Assembly (NCBI RefSeq): GCF_006345805.1
Contig: NC_043000.1
Span: 131,378,001 to 131,442,000, forward strand
DNA: 64,000 nucleotides
Reading direction: 5' to 3'
Source of the DNA: Octopus sinensis
Taxonomy: Eukaryota
Below, piece after piece: positions 38,995-52,180 of the stretch (position 1 is its first letter; each line of letters starts with the position of its first letter). Under the pieces are notes generated by a model that was not told the DNA's origin, did not search any database, and worked only from the letters and a program-made list of their open reading frames with translations. The translations under genes were made by a program, and so were the position numbers.

Positions 38995-39175
38995 GGACAT
39001 TTGTCCACCTTACAAAGGCATTTGTTACTGTTAGTTGTAAAGGGCTACGGAGAATGAACACTAAATATAGAAGTCCTGACGATGGCGAGACGATTGGAGA
39101 GAAATCTTTTCATATTACAAATGGTATTAAACAAGGTTGTGTGCTGTTATTCGCCCCTTTCACCATGGGGCATTC
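38995..39175 (+). pseudogene. RTE-like RT fragment
   Basis: FVHLTKAFVTVS and HITNGIKQGCVL resemble the FVDL.KAFD and GVKQGC motifs. Confidence 0.5.
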
Positions 39176-39599
39176 AGCTATGTTGACTTCATGTTTGTTT
39201 GTTTGATTTCACACTTGTTTGTTTATGTTTTCTAAAACTTGAGTTGCTGTGTGCATTTGTCGTTTAGCCACTTTCTTCAGGAATTCTGTCACACGTTTTC
39301 GCATTTTCGTATTTTCTTATTTCATCGCATAGTTTTGTATTTTTATATACGAAAAGTTTTTATATTTACATGAACACCACCCTGTACTTAACTCCATGTC
39401 CCCCTACATGGCCTTGCTATTTGCTTTTGAGCCAAATTAACTAACTAACTAACATTTGACAGTTGGCATTGGAAACAATTTATTTTTAAGTTTTGTCTTC
39501 TTTAACATATTTTTTATACTTAATTCCGAGATCTTTGTGATTTGTTTGAGACAGTTCAGTTTCTAAATCCACCATTCTAGATCTTCATAAGCGTTCTAA

Positions 39600-40200
39600 A
39601 AGTGGCCCTGTCTTGTACTATACAGAAGCAGTCTGTTTTGCAAATCCATAGAAGGCTTTAGAGTTTATCTTCCGAATTTTTACCGCCCTGGTTTCTTTTT
39701 CTGCCTTCGCCTTTTCATGGGAGTGTTTTGAGTTCACTTCCAATCTCAAGCAGTGTTTGAGGTAGGATTCTTCACTATCCTTCGGTGACCCATTTAGATG
39801 ATTTGAGATCTTTGCTCGTCGTCTCATTGGAATCTTCTTATTCCTGAGAATTATGCTTTTCTGTCGGTTTGACATTTTCTCTGGAGCAAACTTACTGCAT
39901 ATATCATGCATGATTATCATAAAGCGCTGTAGCTTTATGTCAACATCCTGCGCCGAGAGACTGGTTAGCCAGTTTTGTTCCATAACCTCTTTCTGCAAAT
40001 CTTTCCGGTCAGCTTCATGGAAGTTCAGGATGAAAGAGAGTCGGGTACTTCTAGTAACCAGCATATCTGTAGTTTTCTGCGGACGTTGCTCGTTCTATTA
40101 AGTAATCATCTGAGAAAATGGTCGGTTCTACATTAACATGACGGATGATCATTGCGTTATTCGTGAATCAGGGTTCCAGGACACTTTTACTCGTATTGTA
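39600..40200 (-). pseudogene. CR1/Jockey-like LINE ORF2 fragment (endonuclease end and linker)
   Basis: VEPTIFSDDYLIE (SDH-equivalent), LNFHEADRKDLQKEVMEQNW and KETRAVKIRKINSKAFYGFAK. Confidence 0.7.
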
Positions 40201-40203
40201 TGG

Positions 40204-40585
40204 AACACTCTGTGGCCATGCTGGAGCACCGCCCTTAGTCGAGTGAATCGACCCCAGGACTTATTCTTTGTAAGCCTAGTACTTATTCTATCAGTCTCTT
40301 TTGCCGAACCGCTAAGTTACGGGGACCAGCATCGGTTGTCAAGCGATGTTGGGGAGACAACACAGACACACAAACATACACACACACACACATACATATA
40401 TACATATATACATATATATATGACGGGCTTCTTTCAGTTTCCGTCTACCAAATCCACTCACAAGGCTTTGGTCGGCCCGCGGCTATAGTAGAAGACACTT
40501 GCCCAAGGTGCCACTCTGTGGGATTGAACCCGGAACCATGTGGTTGGTAAGCAAGCTACTTACCACACAGCCACTCTTACGCCTA
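40204..40585 (-). mobile_element. SINE family A, near full length
   Basis: Homologous to the other family A copies. Confidence 0.9.
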
Positions 40586-41240
40586 TACTAGTTACTCCAT
40601 GAATAGCATGTTTGTAAGATCAAGTCGAGACTCTACTTGCTTCTGTTCATGCAGTGACATACCTTGGAGATATTTATATAATTTCTATTTGAAATATATA
40701 AGCAATAAAACTTGTGACTATATTCACAGTAATTAAATGTCTGAATTATACAAATCAAATATACCTCCTGACATTCATGTGTTTTTATTCACACTCTCGC
40801 GTATACACACACATTCTTTAATATCATGAATTGTTATAATCACGTTTTCTTGATAGTAAATATCTTTGTTCTAATGAAATCTGTTATTATATAGCATACG
40901 CCCATATTTATTAAGCACTTACTCACAGTCGTTATTATATACACATACAAATGTATATGTTTATACACACACAAACACATACATATGTGATGGTAGCTTC
41001 TCGTAGTCTGAGAAAGAAGGTTCTGCAATTCCTTGGTGAAGACGCTGCACAAAGCACACGATCCACGAATAGAAATCGCAATCTCACGATGTGCACTTTA
41101 CACACACATACACACACGCACACACGCATACGCACACACGCATACGCACACACGCACAGATACACGCATACGCGTGTGTATGTGTGTGTGTGTGTGGAGG
41201 GGTTGTGTGGGTGGGTGTGTATAAATACATATATAGTTTA

Positions 41241-41639
41241 CTAGCAGTATCGCCCGGCGTTGCTCGGGTTTGTTTCGATCCTTTAGAATTGGAATTTTTG
41301 AAAAGTAAAAATTTTGCATTATGTAGCTTGTTATTCTCTTTAAGTGAACATTTTTCTGGTTGAAATACACCGAAAAATGGCGAAACAGCAGTCAAAAAGT
41401 CGTAAAAAAATAGGGATTTTCATAGAAAAAAAGCACCGTTTTGATGTAAATAATTTTTGGTGTTAACATGGTCCGATTCGAATTTTTTCTTCTACGGAAG
41501 GAAGAGCAAGCCTTCTTCTATCATACTGTCAATTTTAGTCAACTTGCGCCGCAGGGTCTCAGAGGTGATAGTGTTAGTTGAAGGCTACCAAACCTGCCAC
41601 ACGCACACACGGACAACTTCAGCTTTATATATAGAGAGA
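41241..41639 (-). mobile_element. non-autonomous Helitron
   Basis: Minus strand: A|TC 5' end (TCTCTCTATATATAAAG), subterminal hairpin CCCGAGCAACGCCGGG, CTAG|T 3' end, no TSD. Confidence 0.75.
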
Positions 41640-42349
41640 TTTAAACTGAATTCTTTTTGTGGCGACTAGAGCTGCATGCTTAAACGTTGTCATGAAACTT
41701 GACTCGCAATTAAAAGAATTCAAAATTAAAGTTGCAATAAATTTTACAGTAACCAAAGTTCGGATCCACCATCACGAACTCTCAACCAGCTCTGGAACTC
41801 CCGCAAGACCATTATCCGCACTGCACCCTGACAATGTCCCTTCTTTTAATCTTAAACAGGAATAAGCTCCTTTCTTTAGCTTCCGGTTTTACGTGGAAGC
41901 CGGGGACTTCCGGTCCATCCCTTATATAAAGGAAAGAGATTCTAAATTCGCGCCATTCAGTGCCTGTTGATTTTTCTACATGCATTGCGTCAGGCCGCCG
42001 TACTTTACGCCCGCTCCCGCTCTCGTTCGCCTTTCTTACTTGGAGACATGTGACTGCAGCCAGAACATATTCATGTAATGTTATAAGCTTCCGTCAATTA
42101 ACCTTGTATGTTAACGCATTACCTCCAATAATAAAAGTTATGACTTATTACAAGTGTCTCGTAAATTCTATTCTCTTGTTGTTATGAGCAAAAACAGTGA
42201 CTCCCTTTTCTCTCATACTGTCTAAATTATAGTGTGTGCCATTAAGTCAACGTTACAACAAAAAATGGATAACTCTGACACGCACTATACAGCTTTGGAA
42301 GTAACAGAAAAATATTACAAAAGAAAAAGGATGAAAAAATGCAGTGGTT

Positions 42350-43990
42350 AACAGACAGAACATTAGATAAAACTGGAGACTATCTGCAAAACACCGGTGG
42401 TATGGCACCATTTGGATCTACATTTTATCAATATTCGAGCTATAAAATTTATATCATGATGAAAAAAATATGAATACATTGAGAAAATTCCTGATGAGAA
42501 TGAAAAAAATAAGTTAAACTAAAGATCATTCCAAAGTAGACAAGCTAATGACAAGGAAATAAAAGTCGGAGCAAGAAATAATGCTACCAAAAACAATGAT
42601 AGTAATATAAAGAAAAAAGAATGGAATGAATATTTTTTTCCGAGAAGACAACACATGTTAATCAAACAGGAAGCGGTAAAAAAAGTGACCAAAGCCAAAA
42701 TTGCGTTACAGGTGCAAAACCATCACAGCTAATGTCTGAACTTTAGAAAAAAAATAAAATAAAATAAAAAGAGAGGAAAAGTATGAAATCTGAAAAATGA
42801 CAAAAATCAAGAACAGATAATATAGGAGCAGAACTTGGTTAAAATGGCAGAGAAATCTCAGTGAAATTACTACATTGTCTGTGCAGTAAAATATGGAATA
42901 TAAATTTTGACCAAATGATTAGATTAAATCAATTTTCATTCCATTACCAAAGAAGGAAAAAAAAGTCATAATGCAAATTAAAATAAATAAAGAATATTTG
43001 TGTTGATAAATTATACTAATAAATCTGAACGTTGTCGATACTAATAAAATCGAATATGAAATGGAAATAATGTAAAGAAGTTGGTTTTAGAACTAGAAAA
43101 TTAGAGAAATGCTATTTTTAACCTCGAAAAAATATTATTAAAGAGCATAATGAATAATTATGTATAGCTATAAAATAAATTTTTTGACAAATTGTGATGG
43201 CAAAAAATGAATCTCCTGAAAATTTTGTAGAATTTAAAAAAGACACTTTATTCTCAGCAAACGGCATCTGCTAGCGTTAACGTAAGCATTACGAAGTAGT
43301 TTGAGATTGAGCGAAAGGTATGACAAGGATATATCCTTTCTCCTTCTCCCTTTAATATGTATGGAGAAGCGAAGAATGTTTTAGATGATTTTGAAGGTAC
43401 AGATAAAATGGATGGAAGAATGGTTACGAATCTCATATATACAGGGTGTCCCAAAAAAATGCATTCACACTTTAGCAGCTGATAACTCATTTGATATTTT
43501 TTCTTTCCAGATGAAACCTATAGGATTTAATGATGGCAGTCAGATTAAGCTTTGAACAAAGAAAATTCATTCTAAAATGATACTGGAAGTGTGAAAATGC
43601 AGTTGAAGTGCATTACCTATATACAGGGTGTCCCAAAAAAATGTATGCATACTTTAACTGTTTTTGCACTTCAACGCGCATTTTCACACTTCCAGTATCA
43701 TTTTAGAATGAATTTTCTTTGTTCAAAGCTTAATCTGACTGCCATCATTAAATCCTATAGGTTTCATCTGGAAGGAAAAAAATATCAAATGAGTTATCAG
43801 CTGCTAAAGTGTGTATACATTTTTTTGGGACACCCTGTATTGATGATGCGGTGCTTATTGCGGACAGATTAGAAATATTTGGGAATTTAATAGTGAAAGA
43901 AATGTATAAAATGGTTTAGCCATTAATTTTAATAAAGCTAAATCGATGATTATCTCGTGAACATATGACCAAGATAATCCACTAATAATT
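42350..43990 (+). pseudogene. heavily degraded RTE-like LINE RT region, interrupted by a MITE
   Basis: SIFIPLPKK, QGYILSPSPFNMYGE, DGRMVTNLIY-(MITE)-IDDAVLIA; 5' edge approximate. Confidence 0.65.
43442..43837. mobile_element. Tc1/mariner foldback MITE with about 170-bp arms
   Basis: CAGGGTGTCCCAAAAAAATG ends, TA TSD, arms 43442-43612 and 43665-43837 nearly identical; a third copy of the terminus lies at 43622-43660. Confidence 0.92.
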
Positions 43991-44032
43991 CATAATCAAA
44001 CTGACATAGTTGTGAATGAGCCTTACTATCTT

Positions 44033-44630
44033 ATTTCTTTACTGCTCACAAGGGGCTATACACAGGGGGTGCAAACAGGGACAGACAAAGGGATTAAGTT
44101 GATTATATCGACCCCAGTGCGTAACTGGTACTTATTTAATCGACCCCGAAAGGATGAAAACCAAATCAAACTCGGCGGAATTTGAACCCAGAACGTAACG
44201 GCAGCCGAAATACCTATTTCTTTACTACCCACAAGGGGCTAAATACAGAGAGGACAAACAAGAACAAACAAACGGATTAAGTCGATTATATCGACCCCAG
44301 TGCGTAACTGGTACTTATTTAATCGACCCCGAAAGGATGAAAGGCAAATCAAACTCGGCGGAATTTGAACCCAGAACGTAACGACAGCCGAAATACCTGT
44401 TTCTTTACTACCCACAAGGGGCTAAATACAGAGAGGACAAACAAGAACAAACAAACGGATTAAGTCGATTATATCGACCCCAGTGCGTAACAGGTACTTA
44501 TTTAATCGACCCCGAAAGGATGAAAGGCAAAGCCGACCTCGGCGGAATTTGAACTCAGAACGTAGCGGCAGACGAAATACCGCAAAGTATTTTGCCCGGC
44601 GTGCTAACGTTTCTACCAGCTCGCCGCCTT
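44033..44630 (-). mobile_element. SINE family B trimer
   Basis: Three units and one head; 14-bp TSD AGCCTTACTATCTT at 44019-44032 and 44633-44646. Confidence 0.92.
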
Positions 44631-45136
44631 TAAGCCTTACTATCTTGGAAGTATTGTTACTAATCAGTCAGATGACAGGAAAGATATAAAAGAAATTGAA
44701 TGACAAAATGTTTAAACTGGATTTGGAAAAATCCATCATAAAAAAAAAAACAAAAAAAAAAACAATCAAATCGAAATTGCATTGCTGCACACTATCATAT
44801 TTTGTATGAACAACGAATGGATCTGAATACTTAGGAACAAGTACCTCGCTTTCACTAGTAATTTTTTGGTGCTTATATAGCCACGAGCAGATATAGACCT
44901 GTGGATTCTGCTATCTTTTGACTCTGAGACTCATACAAGATGAGACATCTGAAGGGAAGAGAAGGAGAGAGAGAGAGAGGGGGGGAGGGAGGGAGTGAGT
45001 GGGAGAGAGAAAGGAGGAGGAAAGAAAAAGTCAGAGAGAAAGAAAACGTTTATTTTCAACTGAGGAGACTGGAGCAACGTGAAATGAAGTGCGTTGCTCA
45101 AGGATACAATGCATCACATTAAGATTGTAAACAACA

Positions 45137-45536
45137 GGCGCAGGAGTGGCTGTGTGGTAAGTAGCCTGCTTACCAGCAACATGGTTCCGGGTTCAGTCCC
45201 ACTGCGTGGCACCTTGGGCAAGTGTCTTCTACTATAGCCTCAGGCAGACCAAAGTCTTGTAAGTGGATTTGGTAGACGGAAACTGAAAGAAGCCCGTCGT
45301 ATATATGTATATGTATATATATGTGTGTGTGTTTGTGTGTCTGTGTTTGTACCCCCAACATCGGTTGACAACCGATGCTGGTGTGTTTACGTCCCCGTAA
45401 CTTAGCGGTTCGGCAAAAGAGACCGATAGAATAAGTACTAGGCTTACAAAGAATAAGTCCTGGGGTCTATTTGCTCGACTAAAGGCAATGCTCCAGCATG
45501 GCCGCAGTCAAATGAATGAAACAAGAAAAAGAGTAA
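45137..45536 (+). mobile_element. SINE family A, full length
   Basis: Head AGGCGCAGGAGTGGCTGTGTGG, internal microsatellite, tail. Confidence 0.9.
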
Positions 45537-45689
45537 CATTCTAACCATTATACCACGCATAAGAAGTAGACAAGGAATTCCTAATTTTGATGTTATGGAA
45601 GGACGCTATGAACTGGGTATAAAGGGGACAAACCACTATGTGTAAAACCTAATTGAAATTAGGTGGAACTTTGTAAAAGAACTGAACTA

Positions 45690-46050
45690 GCAAAGACTTA
45701 GATATTTAGGGAATTTCACATAAGCAGAAAGTGTTTCATAATTATTACGCCCTGGAAATTGTTCCTTCTCGAGCTCATAAGGGCCGGTTTCCCGGTTTCC
45801 TTGGCGTATAGGTTCCTCACCAGGACGGGACGCCGGTCCGTTGCAGGTGAGCTGCAAGATGCAGGAGGAAAGAGTGAGAGAAAGTTGTGGCGAAAGAGTC
45901 AACAGAAGTTCGCCATTACCTTCTGCCGGAGCTGCGTGGAGCTTAGGTGTTTCGCTCATAAATACATACGCATCGCCCGGTCTGAGATTCAAACCCTCGA
46001 TCCCTCGACCGCGAGTCCGCTGCTCTAACCACTAGGCCATGTGCCTCCAC
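45690..46050 (-). mobile_element. SINE family C relative with a different tail
   Basis: Head GGAGGCACATGGCCTAGTGG and GCTCCACGCAGCTCCGGCAG body; the 3' half differs from the 31891 copy. Confidence 0.75.
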
Positions 46051-46131
46051 TGGAAACGGTCTGGAGGGAAAAAAATACAGTTATAGCTATACTTCGAATG
46101 ATATCTATTTCTCCAGCACACATACACACAT

Positions 46132-46190
<59 letters not shown>

Positions 46191-46669
46191 ACACACACAC
46201 ACACACATTAAAACGGAAATTTCTATTTGGTGAAGCTAAATTTCCTGTCTCAGACTGATAAGCATAAAGTTACAGAAATGCACCAGCTTCTGTTCCACAG
46301 GCAATCTGTCTCCTTTCGTTTTTCCCCTTTCTAACTGTTATCATAATGGCCTCTGCCCCTTGCACTAACTGAACTCAAGCTATCTCTGCCCAAGCATTCT
46401 CGACCCACTCATTCCTCCTCCGCTCTTAATCCTAACCACTAACGGCCATGCACAGCCATCCCTTCTGGAAGTCCCCTCTCGTTCAAATTTCTCTGCAGTT
46501 GCTGACTTACAAATGTGCACGAGAAGCATTCATCAATCTTACAGGAATACGAAAGCCCTCAAAGGTTATCGACACTGCATCTTCATCCAGACCCAGCGAG
46601 CCCTCCTCCCCACGAAGAAAACTTTGCAATCGCATTGAGTATTGTATTGTTGATCTAATATCATTTACA

Positions 46670-46958
46670 GTATGTATGTATGTATGTATGTATGTATGTA
46701 TGTATGTATGTATGTATGTATGTATGTATGTATGTATGTATGTATGTATGTATGTATGTATGCACGCATGCATGCGTGCGTGCATGTATGCATGAATGTA
46801 TGCATGCATGTATGTATGTGTGTATGTATGTATGTATGTATGTATGTATGTATATATATGTATGAGAGTGTGTATATATGTGTGAGTGTATGTGTGTGTG
46901 TATGCATATGTGTGCCTATATTTATGTAATATATGCATGGGTGTGTGTATATGCATAA

Positions 46959-47041
<83 letters not shown>

Positions 47042-47052
47042 ATGTATATGTA

Positions 47053-47088
<36 letters not shown>

Positions 47089-47140
47089 TGTATGTATGTA
47101 TGTATGTATGTATGTATGTATTATGTATGTATGTATGTAC
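46670..47140. repeat. (ATGT)n / (TA)n compound microsatellite
   Basis: Directly visible. Confidence 0.95.
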
Positions 47141-47773
47141 ATATAAATTTCACGTGAGCGATTCTTTCTTGTCTTGGGATTCACGGTCAAAATGCTGGGT
47201 GGAATTGCGCGAAAAATTACACAGATGTGTAGAATGATCCGGTGGTGATGCAGGGCTTTGTATTTTTTCTTAGCTCCCATGGTTACCGAGATAATCTACT
47301 ATAATTATACTCTTGTGTTTAGGAATGAAAAAGGAAGGGATGATTGATGAATAAGGAAGGAAAGGGTGATGTCATACTTGGTAGCGGGATGATGAAAATT
47401 GTACGCTGAAAAATAATCAAACAGCGTTTCAACTCTGTATGAATACATGAGTGAGTATGTAAAAGGGGGTATGTGAATGTGTGTGTGTGTGTGTATGTGT
47501 GTGCGTATGTGTGTGCGTGTGCGTGCGCAATGGAAGTGGGATGTTTCATCTTTGTTCGCTTAGTATTTGGGGTTTTTTTGATTTGGTTGAATCTTGTTTT
47601 TTTTTTGTTGGTCAGTCATTTTTAGCGTTTTGACAGAAAAAAAGTCACTCTAAAATTGTTTTTTAACGTAAGCGTGCCCAAACAAGTCGAATGCTTACAC
47701 AGAGCAGGTTTTACAGCCTCATCACCCAAACCGACCGGGTGAAACCGGGCTTAGCTGCCAGTATATATATATA

Positions 47774-48679
47774 TCACCTTGATCACCTTGACCGACCAGT
47801 CCGTCAGGCGTCCATTTGACACCGCTGGTCACAGCACGCTGTCCACTCCTCTCTGGATCGCGCCTTTCTCATCCACGTGATCCCAATCGTCCTCCTGAAA
47901 TCGTAACTCCACCGTCGTGGAGGTCTTCCAGGTGGTCTTTTCCGCTCGCGCGGGTACCACTCGACAACTGCGTGCGTCCACCGATTATCGGTGAGCCGGG
48001 TGACGTGTCCAGCCCATCTATACTTGCTGCCCATCTATACAATCTCCCCAAAACTTTTCACTGCATGTCTCGAACAGATCATCAGAGGCATCGACTGGCA
48101 AGGTGGTGTCAGCATCAATGGCGAGCTCCTCACCCACCTCCGTTTCGCTGACGACATCGTACTCATCGCTGAAAACACGGATCAGCTTCAGACCATGCTG
48201 ACGGAGCTCGACATCAAAAGCTCTGCAGTAGGTCTCTAGATGAACCGCATGAAAACAAAGTTCATGCGGTCAGACAACGTACCAACAGGTCGAATGGTGA
48301 TCAGCAGTGATGAAATAGAGGAGGCAAGGGAATGTGTCTACCTGGGACAGGAAGTAAATATGTGCCGAGATATCGAAAAGGAGATCTCACGGAGAGTAAG
48401 GACCGGATGGAAGGCGTTCAATGGCATAAGGGATGTGCTCAAGGGAAGGTTGGACAGGACCACCCGTACCAACCTCATTAACAGTGCAGTTCTGCCTGCA
48501 ATGTTATATGGTAGTGAAACATGGGCTACCACAAAGAGAGAAGAGCAAAGACTGGTAACGGCTCAAAGAGCCATGGAAAGGTCAATGCTTGGTATCTTGT
48601 TAAGAGAGCACATAAGGAGCGAGATCATCAGAAAGAAGTCCGGCGTGAGAGATGTCATCGCAGAGTATACACGCAGCAA

Positions 48680-48684
<5 letters not shown>
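47774..48684. mobile_element. young 5'-truncated, 5'-inverted RTE LINE insertion
   Basis: 48037-48684 (+) encodes RT (TISPKLF, LRFADD, YLGQ, LYGSETW...SKY) with one stop; 47774-48030 (-) encodes the continuation SKYRWAGHV...GRPPRRW and a TCAAGGTGA-repeat tail. Confidence 0.92.
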
Positions 48685-48719
<35 letters not shown>

Positions 48720-49425
48720 TACACACATAGACATACACAGCAACACACATAGACATACACGCACACACAGTAAGTGTGTTTACTGCATTCCTGAAAAGAA
48801 TTTGAAGTTTTGTTTCATTTTTCTTCATTAAAAAAAATAACTTTTAAAGTAATTGAATTTAACAACTTGCATGACAAAGTATAAAGAACAATAGCGTAGA
48901 AAAACTGACAGCGACACCTGGTATAGACCTTTTGCATATTTTGTTGTTATTAATGATGTTATTATTAAGGTTGCTTTGATTTGTTTCTTTTTCAGTAGTA
49001 AACATTATTTTGGAAGGTGGTTAAAGATAATATATTACAGTATCATATATCGTACTTCAGATATTTTTGCTTCAGGCTATGTTAAAATTTGGAATGTGAA
49101 AAGACTGAATGGTTAAAATTTCGTTTCATTTTTTACTTTTTTAATGAAAATTTTTTAGTTATTAGCTTTTTGGATAAATAAACAGCCTCTTAGACTCAAC
49201 CATTGGCTCCTTATTGTGTCTAGAGGTATAGAGTTAACTGGAGAAAAAAATAAACCACTCCTTCAAATAGGCGTCACTCATTCGAAGTTTGAGATTACAG
49301 GACAAGCTGGAAATGTGGGACTCGGCATCAAAAGGTGCACTGACAGCCTATAATTTAAGCTCTTGATCGTTTCACGTCTACGAGAAGTAGTGCTGTCAAG
49401 GAAAATATCTTTTTTTTTTCTTTTA

Positions 49426-49679
49426 TTCTTTTACTTGTTTCAGTCATTTGACTTCGGCCATTTTGCGGCACTGCCTCATTTAGTCGAATAAATCGACCCT
49501 AGGACTTATTCTTTGTAAGCCCGGTACATATTCTATCAGTATCTTTTGCCGAACTGCTAAGTCTCGGTGACGCAAACACACCAACATCGGGGAACAAACA
49601 CAGACACAGAGACCACACACATAAATACACATACACATACATGCACACACACACACACACACACACGCACACACACACA

Positions 49680-49720
<41 letters not shown>

Positions 49721-49870
49721 ACACACACACACACACATATATATATGAAGGGCTTCTTTTCAATTTCCGTCTACCACAAGGCTTTGGTCGGCCCGAGGTG
49801 TCACGCAGTGGGACTGAACCCAGAACCATGTAGCTGGGAAACAAGCTTCTTACCACACAGCCACGCTGCC
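49426..49870 (-). mobile_element. SINE family A with expanded internal (CA)n
   Basis: Head, tail and about 140 bp of internal microsatellite. Confidence 0.85.
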
Positions 49871-50082
49871 CCTCACTTAATCTTTTGTCTTTTACCTTTT
49901 TTTTTGTTTCAGTCATTGGACTAGGCATCGCCTCGAAAAGTTTAGTTGGACAAATCGACTCCTGTGCTTATTTTTAGGTCACTCTCTTTCTCCGAACCGC
50001 TAAGTTACAGGGACGTAAACAAACCATCACCAGTTGTCATGTGATGTCGTGGATGGGAGCAAACATAAGCACAAAGACACAC

Positions 50083-50124
<42 letters not shown>

Positions 50125-50569
50125 ATATATATGACATGCTTCCACACAGTTTCCGTCAACCAAATTCACTCACAAGGCATTGGTCAGCCCAAGTTATAGT
50201 AAAAGTCAAGGATGTCACACAGTGGGACCGAACCCGAAACCACTGGGTTGCAAAAAGATCTTAATGATACTGTTATGCTTGCTCCTCTACTAAATTTGTG
50301 ATGAAGTTCCTGGATGTCATTTCCTTTGAAATTCACTTGAACAGATGTCAGTCTTCGTAGGGGCCATTTTAAAACTTTTAGTAGAAAACACTAAGAGTTA
50401 AAAAAGAAAAGAAAGAAAGAAGCAGCATCTACATCTATGTCTTCCGTAATGCCTTCCGGAAGCTTGAAACTCTGTCGGTCAATGCATTTTGAAGAAAAAG
50501 AAAAAAAGAAGGAAAAAAACGTAGGTAGGAAAGAAAATTCTAGAACGCTGCAGCAGTAAAGAGACGCGA

Positions 50570-50745
50570 TAAGTGTGTATTTAGGGTGCGTGGTACCTGC
50601 TTACTGGTAGACATTGCAGTCCCCCCTGACCAATACATCGCCCCGAAAGAAGTGAAGAAATTGTCAAAGTACAAAGACCTCAAAATTAAAGTAGTGAAGA
50701 TATGGAGTATGAAGATGAAAACAATACCAATAACAATTTTAGCAT
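50570..50745 (+). pseudogene. R4/Dong-like restriction-like endonuclease C-terminal fragment
   Basis: TCLLVDIAVPPDQYIAPKEVKKLSKYKDLKIKVVKIWSMKMKTIPITILAL matches the LIDVAVP..KE.EKL.KY.DL..W...IP...GAL pattern. Confidence 0.75.
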
Positions 50746-50749
50746 TGAA

Positions 50750-51085
50750 CGCACATGGCTCAGTGGTTAGAGCGCCGGGATCACAATTATGAGGTAGTGA
50801 GTTCGATTCCCAGACCAGGCTGTGTATTGTGTTCTTGAGCAAGACACTCTATTTCACGTTGCTCCAGTTCACTCAGCTGTAGAAATGAGGTTGTGACATC
50901 ACAGGTGCCAAGCTGTATCGGCCTTTGCCTTTCCCTTGAATAACATCGGTGGCATAGAAAGGGGAGGCTGGTATGCATCGGTGACTGCTGGTCTTCAGTA
51001 AACAACCTTGCCCGGACTTGTGCCTTGGTGGGTAACTTTCTAGGCGCAATCCTATGGTCATTCATGACCAAAAGAGGTCTTTGGG
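50750..51085 (+). mobile_element. SINE family D with long tail
   Basis: A-box TGGCTCAGTGG, B-box GAGTTCGATTCCC, family D body; tail ending GGTCATTCATGACC also seen at 54869-54915. Confidence 0.8.
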
Positions 51086-51119
51086 TATGATAAAAAAAAA
51101 AACAACCTCTTTTGCTAAG

Positions 51120-52180
51120 GCTACCAGACAAATAGGCACTGCCTACCCTTCTCCGCCAAAACAAATTCCTCTTGCTACTGTTAATAGAATTATTGTGCAG
51201 TTCAAAAACCAAGGAAAAGAATAGACAAATTCTCGTCCCGGCCGACCTGGGCCCTCGGAAAGGAAGCTTCGCTGTTTGAAGAGAATTGTGGAAAACGAAC
51301 CCCCGTTCGAAGGCCTCTGACATTGGAAAACAGCTAGAAATTAGTCCAAGAACGTGTGTTACATATCTGCATAAGCTTGGGTATTATGGACGAACAGCTA
51401 CAAGAAAATTTCTCCTTCAACAAATTAATATCATAAAAAGAAAGAAATGAGCTAAGGAGATGTCAGAAAAATCAAGTTCATTTTGGGATGGAGTGATTTT
51501 CTCAGATGACTCCAGATTTGCATTATTTTCAGACAGTGGCTGTGTTTGGGTCTTGAGGCTTCCCAATCAAGAATTTGATTAGAAACGACTCCAACCAACT
51601 GTGAAACATGCCTATATCTCTGTAATGGCATGGGGAGCTGTCACCAGCAATGGTCGCTCTGAGCTGATCGAATGTGTTGGAACCATAAACTCTGAAAAAT
51701 ACATCGAAATACTTAAGCAAGGACTACTTCTGATGCATTCACACGATAACACAACGAAAAATGAGTTTTTATTCATGGCGGATGGGCCTCCACGCCACAC
51801 AGCGAAAAGGAATCAACAATGGCTGACTGAAAATGAGATCAAAGAGCTTCCTTGACCGAGTCAATCTCCTGACATGAACCCAATTGAAAATCTTTGGAGC
51901 ATACTAGATAGAGCTATACGAAAAACTCGACAGAAACCTAATCTAAAGATGAATTGTTTCGATTGTTGCGTGAGGAGTGGGCAGAAATTCCACAAGAGAC
52001 AATCACAAAGCTCAAATGCCAAAAGGAGTTTCTGAATTAAAAACTGCAAAGGGAATGCCAAGTAAATACTAAAGTATGTAGTCCTACCTATCGATTACAT
52101 TTCAATTGTTCGCTTTGCGTATTAACTAAAAGATTTTGAAGATTAAAGGGGTCTAGTTACTTCCTGCATGTCTGTGTATA
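51120..52180 (+). pseudogene. Tc1-type (DD34E) transposase relic
   Basis: TVNRIIVQF...RPGRPG (HTH), WDGVIFSDDSRF, FMADGPPRHTAK, PSQSPDMNPIENLW; several stops; TA-ended 3' terminus. Confidence 0.9.

Noticed and set aside
47550-47762. Possible Helitron 3' end (CCGGGTGAAACCGG hairpin, CCAG|T)
   Set aside because: The terminus is not CTRR and no 5' TC end could be placed.
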